A stretch of DNA of 32,000 bases from Candidatus Pelagibacter sp. HTCC7211 (GTDB lineage Bacteria; Pseudomonadota; Alphaproteobacteria; Pelagibacterales; Pelagibacteraceae). The DNA is taken from the NCBI RefSeq assembly GCF_000155895.1, contig NZ_DS995298.1, positions 210,001 to 242,000 on the forward strand, given 5' to 3'. Shown piece by piece: positions 1 through 8,223 of the stretch; the first letter of the stretch is position 1, and every line of letters begins with the position of its first letter. The notes under the pieces were generated by a model that was not told the origin of the DNA, searched no databases, and saw only the letters and a program-made list of their open reading frames with translations. Position numbers and translations under genes: made by a program.

Positions 1-940
<940 letters not shown>

Positions 941-972
941 GACACTCAACAACTATCATCTTAGGGTAACCA

Positions 973-2103
973 ATGGCTAAAAGAGATTTCTATGACGTCT
1001 TAGGTGTTAGCAAAAGTGCAAGTCCCGATGAACTAAAATCAGCATACAGGAAACTCGCTGTCAAATATCATCCTGATAAAAATCCAGGTGATAAGAATGC
1101 TGAAGATAAGTTTAAAGAAGCAAGTGAAGCTTATGGCATTCTTTCTGATAAAGAAAAAAAACAAAACTACGATAATTTTGGACATGCTGCTTTTGAAGGT
1201 GGAGGTGGAAGACAAAGTGGTGGCTTTGGTGGTTTTAGTGGAGCTGACTTTTCAGATATTTTTGAAGATTTTTTTGGAGACTTTGGAGGTGGAGGAAGAT
1301 CAAGAGGTAATAGAAACTCAAATAATAGAGGGTCAGATTTAAGGTATGATTTATCAATTTCCCTTGAAGAAGCTTACCAAGGAAAAAAACAAGATATAAA
1401 GTTTTCTACAACTGAAAAATGTAATACATGTAATGGGAATGGGTCTAAACCTGGTCATTCTCCTGACAGATGTTCATACTGTGGTGGTAATGGGAAAATA
1501 AGATCTAATCAGGGCTTTTTCACGGTTCAACAAACTTGTCCTCAATGTAATGGAAATGGAGAAGAAATTACAAACCCATGTAATGATTGTAATGGTCAAG
1601 GTAAAAAACAAGCTTCAAAAAAAATATCAGTTACAATTCCAAAGGGTGTTGATGATGGAACTAGAATTAGATTGGCTGGAAAAGGTGAGGCAGGTACAAG
1701 AGGTGGAGCAACAGGTGATTTATACTTATTTATTAATGTTAACTCTCATGAACTTTTTAAAAGATCTGATGAAAATTTGTTTTTTGAATTTCCAATTTCT
1801 ATAGCAGATGCAGCTCTTGGTACAGTAATTGAAATACCAACAATTGATGGTGGTAAAGCAAAATTAAAAATACCAGATGGAACTCAAAGTGGAAAACAAT
1901 TTAGATTGAAAGGCAAAGGAATGCCATTCATGAGAAGAGGTGATTTTGGTGATTTATACGTGCAGGTTAATACAGAGGTTCCTATTTATTTAAATAAACA
2001 GCAGAAAGAATTGCTTGAAAAGTTTAGAGAAATTGAAAATGAAAAATCAAATCCAAGTATTAAAAAATTCTTTCAAAAAGCTAAAAGTTTCTGGAAAAAT
2101 TAA
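973..2103 (+). CDS. dnaJ: Co-chaperone DnaJ (type I Hsp40)
   Basis: J-domain with HPD (YHPDKNPGD), a G/F-rich linker, and four CxxCxGxG zinc-finger repeats ([32 protein letters not shown]). It sits immediately downstream of dnaK. Confidence 0.97.
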   Translation: MAKRDFYDVLGVSKSASPDELKSAYRKLAVKYHPDKNPGDKNAEDKFKEASEAYGILSDKEKKQNYDNFGHAAFEGGGGRQSGGFGGFSGADFSDIFEDFFGDFGGGGRSRGNRNSNNRGSDLRYDLSISLEEAYQGKKQDIKFSTTEKCNTCNGNGSKPGHSPDRCSYCGGNGKIRSNQGFFTVQQTCPQCNGNGEEITNPCNDCNGQGKKQASKKISVTIPKGVDDGTRIRLAGKGEAGTRGGATGDLYLFINVNSHELFKRSDENLFFEFPISIADAALGTVIEIPTIDGGKAKLKIPDGTQSGKQFRLKGKGMPFMRRGDFGDLYVQVNTEVPIYLNKQQKELLEKFREIENEKSNPSIKKFFQKAKSFWKN

Positions 2104-2237
2104 TGATGAAATTTTTAATTTTTAATTTTTGGAAAAACTGGAACTGTAATTTATTCATCAAAACAATATATAGTAACGATAAGTAAATCTCTTCTTAAAG
2201 TCTAAAATAAAAATAATTTTAAATTTAAGGAGTTTTT

Positions 2238-2438
2238 ATGAGTAAAAAAATGCTTTTTTACAAAGCAATTATTTGGCAAATCGTTGGGATTGTATGGATA
2301 ACGGTATTTTCCTATATGTGGTTTGGTAATTGGAACAAATCTTTTTTATTTAGTTTTATAGTAATGATCGTAAGTATTTTTGTTTATGTAATTTATGAAA
2401 TAATTTGGGCTAAATTAACTGCAAATATTAAAAAATAA
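2238..2438 (+). CDS. Small two-TM membrane protein, DUF2061-like
   Basis: 66 aa with two hydrophobic helices. The pattern K-A-I-x-W-x-I-V ... FGNW ... Y-x-x-Y-E-x-x-W resembles the DUF2061 family as I remember it. A strong AAGGAG Shine-Dalgarno lies 6 nt upstream of the ATG. Confidence 0.7.
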   Translation: MSKKMLFYKAIIWQIVGIVWITVFSYMWFGNWNKSFLFSFIVMIVSIFVYVIYEIIWAKLTANIKK

Positions 2439-2476
2439 CTTATCTTTGATTAAATTCTCGCTATAATATAAATTTA

Positions 2477-2647
2477 ATGAATAATTTGATAAAAAAGATT
2501 TTCTTACTATTAATATTGGTAATCTTTACTCAAAGTTGCTCAACTGCTGTAACGGTAGTTGATACTACTGCTTCAGTTGCTATTAATACTGTAAAAGGTG
2601 TTGTACACTACAGCACTTGCCCATTTACAAAAAAAGAATGTTTTTAG
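2477..2647 (+). CDS. Putative small lipoprotein, 56 aa (absent from the supplied ORF track)
   Basis: Hand translation gives MNNLIKKIFLLLILVIFTQSCSTAVTVVDTTASVAINTVKGVVHYSTCPFTKKECF*. It has a basic N-terminus, a hydrophobic core and a lipobox-like FTQS|C. It fills the otherwise empty gap before dapB. Confidence 0.55.
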   Translation: MNNLIKKIFLLLILVIFTQSCSTAVTVVDTTASVAINTVKGVVHYSTCPFTKKECF

Positions 2648-2653
2648 ATTAAT

Positions 2654-3430
2654 ATGAAAAAAATAAATTTAGCTGTCACTGGATGCATGGGAAGAATGGG
2701 TCGACAGCTTATTAAATCATCAAAATCTAATAGTAATTTCAAATTAGTTAGTCTTACTGAGAACATAAAGATAAATAAAAAATTTAATGGGATTAAGCCT
2801 GAGCCTAATACTGAAGTCGCATTTAAAAAATCAGATATAATTATCGATTTTACAATACCAAAATGCACTATGGAAGTTCTTAAAATTGCATCAAAACTCA
2901 AAAAAAGGGTAGTAATTGGAACAACTGGTTTTACTCAAAAAGAGGATAAAATAATAAAAAACTATTCAAAAAAAATACCAATACTTAAAGCTGGAAATAT
3001 GAGTCTTGGAGTTAATTTATTAATGTATTTAACTGAGATCGCTTCAAAATCTTTAGGTGATAATTATTTGAGTAAAATATTTGAAATTCACCACAAACAT
3101 AAAAAAGATTACCCATCAGGGACTGCATTAATGTTGGGTAAAGGTATTGCCGTTGGAAAAAACAAAGATCTCTACAATTTAATAGGAAAAAAATTTCTAA
3201 ATAAAAAAAATATTCCATATGGAAAAAAAATTAATTTTAATTCAATAAGAAAAGGTGAAATTATTGGAGAACATGAGGTTAAATTTTCAAGTGGTAAAGA
3301 AATAATCACTTTAAATCATGAAGCATTTGATAGAAGACTTTATTCAGATGGCGCCTTAACGGCAGCAAAATGGCTAATGAAAAAAAAACCAGGCCTTTAT
3401 TCTATGAGAGATTTATTGAACTTCTCATAA
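2654..3430 (+). CDS. dapB: 4-hydroxy-tetrahydrodipicolinate reductase
   Basis: N-terminal Rossmann motif (VTGCMGRMGRQLI), the DapB signature EIHHKHKKDYPSGTAL, and a typical length of 258 aa. Confidence 0.93.
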   Translation: MKKINLAVTGCMGRMGRQLIKSSKSNSNFKLVSLTENIKINKKFNGIKPEPNTEVAFKKSDIIIDFTIPKCTMEVLKIASKLKKRVVIGTTGFTQKEDKIIKNYSKKIPILKAGNMSLGVNLLMYLTEIASKSLGDNYLSKIFEIHHKHKKDYPSGTALMLGKGIAVGKNKDLYNLIGKKFLNKKNIPYGKKINFNSIRKGEIIGEHEVKFSSGKEIITLNHEAFDRRLYSDGALTAAKWLMKKKPGLYSMRDLLNFS

Positions 3431-4083
3431 TGAATGAAAAAGAAAAAGCCAAAAATATATTAAAAATTTTAAATAAAATTTACCCTGCGGCACCAGTTCC
3501 ATTAAAACATAGAAATATATTTACACTTTTGGTTTCTGTTCTTTTGTCGGCACAATGTACTGATTTAAATGTAAACAATGTTACAAAAAATATATATCCA
3601 AAATATAATAAACCAGAACATTTTGTAAAATTAGGAAGAAAAAAAATAGAAAATTTAATAAAAAAAATCGGTATTTTTAGAATTAAAGCTAAGAGCATTT
3701 ACTTAATGTCTAAACAACTTTTGGAAAAGCATAACGGTAAAGTACCAAAGACTTTTGAAGAACTTGAAAAATTACCTGGAGTTGGACATAAAACTGCAAG
3801 TGTTGTTATGTCTCAAGGGTTTGGGTATCCAGCATTTGCTGTTGATACTCATATACATAGACTAGCACAGAGATGGGGATTAACTAATGGTAAAAATGTA
3901 GTTCAAACAGAAAAAGATTTGAAAAGAATATTTCCAAAAAATACTTGGTCCAAACTTCACTTACAAATTATTTATTATGGAAGAGAATATTGTAAAGCAA
4001 GAGAATGCTATGGTTTAACTTGTAAAATTTGCAACACTTGTTATCCTAATCGAAAAAAACCTGTAATAACCAAAAAAGCATAA
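3430..4083 (+). CDS. nth: Endonuclease III (DNA glycosylase/AP lyase)
   Basis: HhH-GPD motifs LLSAQCTD, LPGVGHKTASVV and DTHIHRLAQRWG, plus a C-terminal Cys cluster. The ORF track starts at 3370, but ATG 3430 overlaps the dapB stop as TAATG and gives a normal N-terminus (MNEKEKAKNIL...). Confidence 0.9.
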   Translation: MNEKEKAKNILKILNKIYPAAPVPLKHRNIFTLLVSVLLSAQCTDLNVNNVTKNIYPKYNKPEHFVKLGRKKIENLIKKIGIFRIKAKSIYLMSKQLLEKHNGKVPKTFEELEKLPGVGHKTASVVMSQGFGYPAFAVDTHIHRLAQRWGLTNGKNVVQTEKDLKRIFPKNTWSKLHLQIIYYGREYCKARECYGLTCKICNTCYPNRKKPVITKKA

Positions 4084-4084
4084 T

Positions 4085-5011
4085 ATGAAAATTTTAGGAA
4101 TTGGAAATGCAATTGTAGATGTTCTGTGTAAAGTGGATGATGATTTTTTAATTAAAAATTCATTAACAAAAAGTACTATGAAGCTTATAGATGAGGATGA
4201 ATTTAAAACTCTTTTATCCCTTATAAATATTGAAGAAACTGTATCAGGTGGATCAGTTGCTAACTCTATAGTTGGATTATCTCAATTAGGAAATGATGTT
4301 GGTTTTATTGGTAAAGTTAGTGATGATAATTTGGGTCAAAAATATGAAGAAGGATTAAAAAAAGAGAAAGTAAATTATTTTTATAAAAAAAAAAAAGAAA
4401 CTATTCCTACAGGAAGTTGTTTAATTTTAATTACACCAGACTCGGAACGTACAATGTGTACTTTCTTAGGTACAGCAGGTAAAATAAATGACACAGATAT
4501 AGATGAATCAATTGTAAAAAATAGTGAGATAACTTTTTTAGAAGGATATCTTTGGGATGAAGGGGAGCCCAAAAAAGCTTTTGATAAAGCAATAGTTAAT
4601 TCAAATAAAGTTGCAATGTCATTATCTGATTTATTTTGCGTTGAAAGACACAAAGAGCATTTTTTAGAACTAGCTAAAAATAAACTAGATATTATTTTTG
4701 CCAATGAACAAGAAATTACTTCACTAATTAATGCTAATTCTTTTGAAGAAATAGTAAATTTTTCAAAACAAATTAAAAAAAATGTTGTCATTACAAGAGG
4801 TGAAAAAGGTGCTTTATCTATACTAAATGATGAACTAATTGAGTGTGATGCTCAAAAAAATCTCAACATCAAAGATTTAACTGGTGCTGGTGACTTATTT
4901 GCTGCTGGATATCTCCATGGAATAATCAATAACTTATCAATTAAAGAGTGCTTAATTAAAGGCACAGAATTATCGTCTAAAATTATACAAAAAATTGGTG
5001 CTAGAATTTAA
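4085..5011 (+). CDS. PfkB-family sugar/nucleoside kinase (adenosine-kinase-like)
   Basis: Ribokinase/pfkB fold motifs: an N-terminal GNAIVDV, SGGSVANS, and the C-terminal nucleotide-binding signature DLTGAGDLFAAGYLHG. Confidence 0.85.
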   Translation: MKILGIGNAIVDVLCKVDDDFLIKNSLTKSTMKLIDEDEFKTLLSLINIEETVSGGSVANSIVGLSQLGNDVGFIGKVSDDNLGQKYEEGLKKEKVNYFYKKKKETIPTGSCLILITPDSERTMCTFLGTAGKINDTDIDESIVKNSEITFLEGYLWDEGEPKKAFDKAIVNSNKVAMSLSDLFCVERHKEHFLELAKNKLDIIFANEQEITSLINANSFEEIVNFSKQIKKNVVITRGEKGALSILNDELIECDAQKNLNIKDLTGAGDLFAAGYLHGIINNLSIKECLIKGTELSSKIIQKIGARI

Positions 5012-5568
5012 TTTATAAAATAACCATCTTGATCATGTTTAATAAAATTATGATCTTCAAAATTTTTAATCATTTTTTTTCTAAGCCTATAAATATGTGT
5101 TTCTACTGTGTGTGTTTCTAAATCATTAGAATGACCCCAAACTGTTTTTTGTATTGTTTTAAGATCTGCCCTTTTATGAGAATTAATAAATAGAATTAAA
5201 TCACTCTCTTTTTCGGTTAAATTTAAACTTTTATTTTCAAAAGATATTTTCCTTGAATTCAAATCTAAAGTATATTTTGTAATTTTATGCTCTGATTGAG
5301 CTTGAAATTGTTTTTTTAGAAAATTTAAATTGATTATTTCAACTAATTTTGAAATTTTTATAGGTAAATTGTCAATTATGGTACAGTTTTTAATTTTTTC
5401 ATCAAATCTGGTACTGATAATTAAATAGTTTTTATATTTTTCAAAATTAATTTTTTTATGACTTTTTGTATCAATATATTCCAATTCGAAATAAAAATTT
5501 TCCTTAATTTCATTTATTATATTAAATAGATTTAACGAATTATATACAAATAGAGTTTTTTTAATCAT
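5008..5568 (-). CDS. OmpR/PhoB-type winged-helix transcriptional regulator with a short, degenerate receiver-like N-terminus
   Basis: The C-terminal ~95 aa match the trans_reg_C pattern (LTEKESDLILFI...KTVWG...ETHTVETHIYRLRKKM...GYFI). The N-terminal ~85 aa lack the acidic DD pair and the phospho-acceptor Asp expected of a receiver. Confidence 0.7.
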   Translation of the reverse strand: MIKKTLFVYNSLNLFNIINEIKENFYFELEYIDTKSHKKINFEKYKNYLIISTRFDEKIKNCTIIDNLPIKISKLVEIINLNFLKKQFQAQSEHKITKYTLDLNSRKISFENKSLNLTEKESDLILFINSHKRADLKTIQKTVWGHSNDLETHTVETHIYRLRKKMIKNFEDHNFIKHDQDGYFIN

Positions 5569-5577
5569 AATGTTTAT

Positions 5578-6069
5578 ATGAAAATTATAATTATAAAGAA
5601 AGATACACTTTTATATGACGAATTTAAATTTAAATGTTCGATAGGTAAAAATGGAAGAACTACAAAAAAAATTGAAGGTGATAATAAAACACCTAAGGGT
5701 CTTTATGCATTGGGCCCATTATATTTTAGAAAAGATAGAGTTTCCCAAATATCTACCAAACTTAGAAAAATAGAAATAAAGAAAAATTTTGGGTGGTGTG
5801 ATGATGTAAAAAGCAAATTTTACAACAAACCTATCATAACAAATAATAAAATTAGGCACGAGAAACTTTATAGAAATGATAAAAAATACGATCTTTTAAT
5901 TCCAATTAAATATAATACAAAAAAACCTAAAAAAAATAAAGGTAGTGCAATTTTTATACACTTAACAACTAACTATAAAAAAACACAAGGCTGTGTGGCA
6001 ATTAAGGAAAAGGATATGTTAATATTGCTGAAGTTAATTAATAAAAAAACTAAAATTAAAATTATTTAA
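5578..6069 (+). CDS. L,D-transpeptidase catalytic-domain (YkuD-like) protein with no evident signal peptide
   Basis: GDNKTPKGLYALG plus an active-site-like GSAIFIHL...TQGCVAI (His ... Gly-Cys), as in YkuD/ErfK domains. The N-terminus MKIIIIKKDTLLYDE is not signal-like. Confidence 0.65.
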   Translation: MKIIIIKKDTLLYDEFKFKCSIGKNGRTTKKIEGDNKTPKGLYALGPLYFRKDRVSQISTKLRKIEIKKNFGWCDDVKSKFYNKPIITNNKIRHEKLYRNDKKYDLLIPIKYNTKKPKKNKGSAIFIHLTTNYKKTQGCVAIKEKDMLILLKLINKKTKIKII

Positions 6070-6719
6070 GATCTGTCACCGAATATCTTAGAGCCAATTC
6101 GTATATAAGTGGCACCACAACCAACAGCCTCTAGATAATCCTCTGACATTCCCATGCTTAAATCTTCAACATTAAGTATTTTTTTTAATTCTACCATTTC
6201 ATTAAAATAGTTTTTTACTGATCCATGTTGAGGGGGTAGACACATCAATCCTATGATATTAAGATTTAACTCTCGAGTACATTTTTCATAAAAATTTTTT
6301 AATTCAGTAATATTTATTCCAGATTTTTGAGACTCGTTTCCTATATTCACCTGAATAAAAATTTTTAAATTTTTATTTTTTTTTATTTGTTCTGACGCTA
6401 TTTTTTCTGCTAATTTAATATTATCTAGAGAATGAATATAATCGAACAAAGGAACTACATACTTTACTTTATTTGTTTGAAGTTTTCCTATCATATGAAG
6501 TTTCAAACTTTTTTTTAATTTTTTAATATCAGACCATTTATCAACAGCCTCCTGAACTTTATTTTCACCAAAATGTAAATGACCATTTTCAATTAATGGA
6601 TTAATTTCAGACATTGGAAACGTTTTGCTTACCGCTATAATTTTAAGATTTTTTACTAAACCAAATTTTGACTTTATCTGGTCGTTTATTAGAGCTAAGT
6701 TATCGATACTTTTATGCAA
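6066..6719 (-). CDS. yggS: PLP-binding homeostasis protein, YggS/PROSC family
   Basis: AVSKT (PLP lysine), FGENKVQE, HMIGKLQTNKV, MGMSEDYLEA and IRIGSKIFG are all YggS family hallmarks. The only start giving a full-length N-terminus is TTG at 6719. Confidence 0.88.
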   Translation of the reverse strand: MHKSIDNLALINDQIKSKFGLVKNLKIIAVSKTFPMSEINPLIENGHLHFGENKVQEAVDKWSDIKKLKKSLKLHMIGKLQTNKVKYVVPLFDYIHSLDNIKLAEKIASEQIKKNKNLKIFIQVNIGNESQKSGINITELKNFYEKCTRELNLNIIGLMCLPPQHGSVKNYFNEMVELKKILNVEDLSMGMSEDYLEAVGCGATYIRIGSKIFGDRS

Positions 6720-7280
6720 AAAAATTCCTTTAAAATTTACAGTTTTGTTAATGAATTTAATTTATCAGATTTGCATCAATTAAGTAAAGATATATGCATA
6801 ATTTATAGAAATTATGACGATATTAATCACCTAGAAAATATTTTGAAGCTCAAGGATTATTGTAAGAATATAAGAACTAAATTTTATCTTTCAAATGATA
6901 TTAAACTTTCAATAAAATTAAGATTAGATGGTGTTTATATTCCTTCATTTAATAATAAAGCCAATTATGTTCAAAATTACAGTTTACCTAAAAATTTTGA
7001 TATAATTGGGTCTGCACACAATATACCTGAAATAAATACAAAGCTTAAACAAAAGTGTAGTGAAATTTTTTTATCACCATTATTTAAAGTAAATAAATCA
7101 AGAAAATTTTTAGGTATAAATAGATTTAATTTGATGTCCTTAAATAAAAAAGCTTATTTTATTGCACTTGGAGGCATTAATGAAAGAAATTATAAAATGA
7201 TAAAATTATTAAGAACAAATGGATTTGCCTCTATTAGTTGGGCAAAAAAAAACGGCCTAAGAAAACTTAGGCCGTTTTAA
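6714..7280 (+). CDS. ThiE/TenI-like (thiamine-phosphate synthase fold) protein, divergent
   Basis: The motif order matches ThiE: SND...LDGVYIP (cf. NDxxxxAxxxxADGVHLG), IGSAHN (GxSxH), FLSPLF...K (cf. GLGPIYPTxTK), ALGGIN (IGGI) and GFASIS. Several phosphate and catalytic positions are substituted. Confidence 0.55.
   Translation: MQKNSFKIYSFVNEFNLSDLHQLSKDICIIYRNYDDINHLENILKLKDYCKNIRTKFYLSNDIKLSIKLRLDGVYIPSFNNKANYVQNYSLPKNFDIIGSAHNIPEINTKLKQKCSEIFLSPLFKVNKSRKFLGINRFNLMSLNKKAYFIALGGINERNYKMIKLLRTNGFASISWAKKNGLRKLRPF
7244..7280. terminator. Bidirectional rho-independent terminator (stronger for the minus-strand porin gene)
   Basis: An 11-bp perfect stem, AACGGCCTAAG (7251-7261) with CTTAGGCCGTT (7266-7276), closes a 4-nt loop. 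An A9 run lies on the left (a T-run on the minus strand) and TTTT on the right. It sits 23 nt beyond the porin stop and inside the last codons of the ThiE-like ORF. Confidence 0.8.
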
Positions 7281-7299
7281 AATTTAAATTAACTATTAA

Positions 7300-8223
7300 T
7301 TAAAACGCAAAAGTTAATTGGAACTCAGTCATTTCTTGTTCTCCAGCAGTTCCACCAGCATTGTCCTTAGTATTATTAATTATACCAAGTTTCATACCAC
7401 CTGAAGTATAAGCAATACCAATACCTGTGTTTTCTTCATCTGGAGTAAACTCTTCAAATTCAGTATCTGAAATACCATAACCAACACTTAGGTTATCGTT
7501 TACAGCAAAACTGATTCCGTAAGCAGTTCTCTCGATATCTGAGTTTGCAGCTGTTCTTTCAACATCTGTAACTTGATAACCAACAGATATTCCACCCATA
7601 GAGTATTTTACATACATAGTTTCGATATCTTGTTCTGTAGTTGCAGAGTCTTGGTCAGTTGCAATACCAGCACCAATTTCTAAACCTTCCATAAGTGGCA
7701 TAGAAACTGCTAATGATGTAGTAGGACTATTTTGTTGATAATCCATTGATGCTGAAACAGTTGCACCACCAAATGTATTTTTATAACCAAGTCTGTTTCC
7801 AGCGTGAGGTGCAGCTATACCTTGTTCCGGCGCACCGTGAGTCCCTAAATCATCCCATGGTTGTTCACCACCGTTTGGAACCTTATCTTGAATAATACCG
7901 ATACCACCAAAGTTATAGTTAGTAATAGCTACTGAACCCATATCACCCATATCAAGTGTTACACCTTGAGATGTTAGAACATTTGATCCAGCTTGAGCTT
8001 GTAAGTAACTTACAGTCATTCCATTATCTAATTCACCTGAACCAGTAAATGAAATTGTCGTGTTTTGAGCAAAAGCGTCTGATTTAGCAGTTGCTGATGC
8101 TTGAGTAGATTGGTATTCCATTCTAGCTGTACCACTTACTGAAAGAGCACCTGCTTGCGCATATGCTGTTGCAGCCAGTGTTCCTGCTAAAGCAGTCAAA
8201 CCGATTTTTTTAAAGTTTGTCAT
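7300..8223 (-). CDS. Outer-membrane beta-barrel porin-like protein
   Basis: Signal peptide MTNFKKIGLTALAGTLAATAYA|QA; Gly/Thr/Ala/Asp-rich sequence with alternating amphipathic beta-strand patterns; C-terminal OMP signature ...EFQLTFAF with a terminal Phe. AAGGAG Shine-Dalgarno upstream and a strong terminator downstream. Confidence 0.8.
   Translation of the reverse strand: MTNFKKIGLTALAGTLAATAYAQAGALSVSGTARMEYQSTQASATAKSDAFAQNTTISFTGSGELDNGMTVSYLQAQAGSNVLTSQGVTLDMGDMGSVAITNYNFGGIGIIQDKVPNGGEQPWDDLGTHGAPEQGIAAPHAGNRLGYKNTFGGATVSASMDYQQNSPTTSLAVSMPLMEGLEIGAGIATDQDSATTEQDIETMYVKYSMGGISVGYQVTDVERTAANSDIERTAYGISFAVNDNLSVGYGISDTEFEEFTPDEENTGIGIAYTSGGMKLGIINNTKDNAGGTAGEQEMTEFQLTFAF

Noticed and set aside
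2110-2130. A tandem AATTTTT x3 repeat just downstream of dnaJ.
   Set aside because: It is a trivial low-complexity A/T repeat of 21 nt. It has no flanking structure and is not a CRISPR or satellite-like array.
2103-2186. A 27-aa ORF ([27 protein letters not shown]) starting with a TAATG overlap on the dnaJ stop codon.
   Set aside because: The overlap architecture mimics real coupled genes here, but the peptide is very short, has no recognisable features, and could easily be chance. It cannot be supported without conservation or ribosome-profiling data.
3370-3429. N-terminal extensions proposed by the ORF track: nth from 3370, lptE from TTG 11533, Tim44-like from TTG 28519, hslV from TTG 31464.
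   Set aside because: The extensions overlap upstream genes or add non-conserved residues. Downstream ATGs (3430, 11539, 28561, 31458) give the canonical family N-termini, and for HslV the Met-Thr start is mechanistically required.
7300-8223. The porin gene as a horizontally transferred island, because of its higher G+C.
   Set aside because: There are no flanking mobility genes, repeats or tRNA. The bias is more simply explained by its Gly/Ala/Thr-rich beta-barrel composition and by high-expression codon usage.
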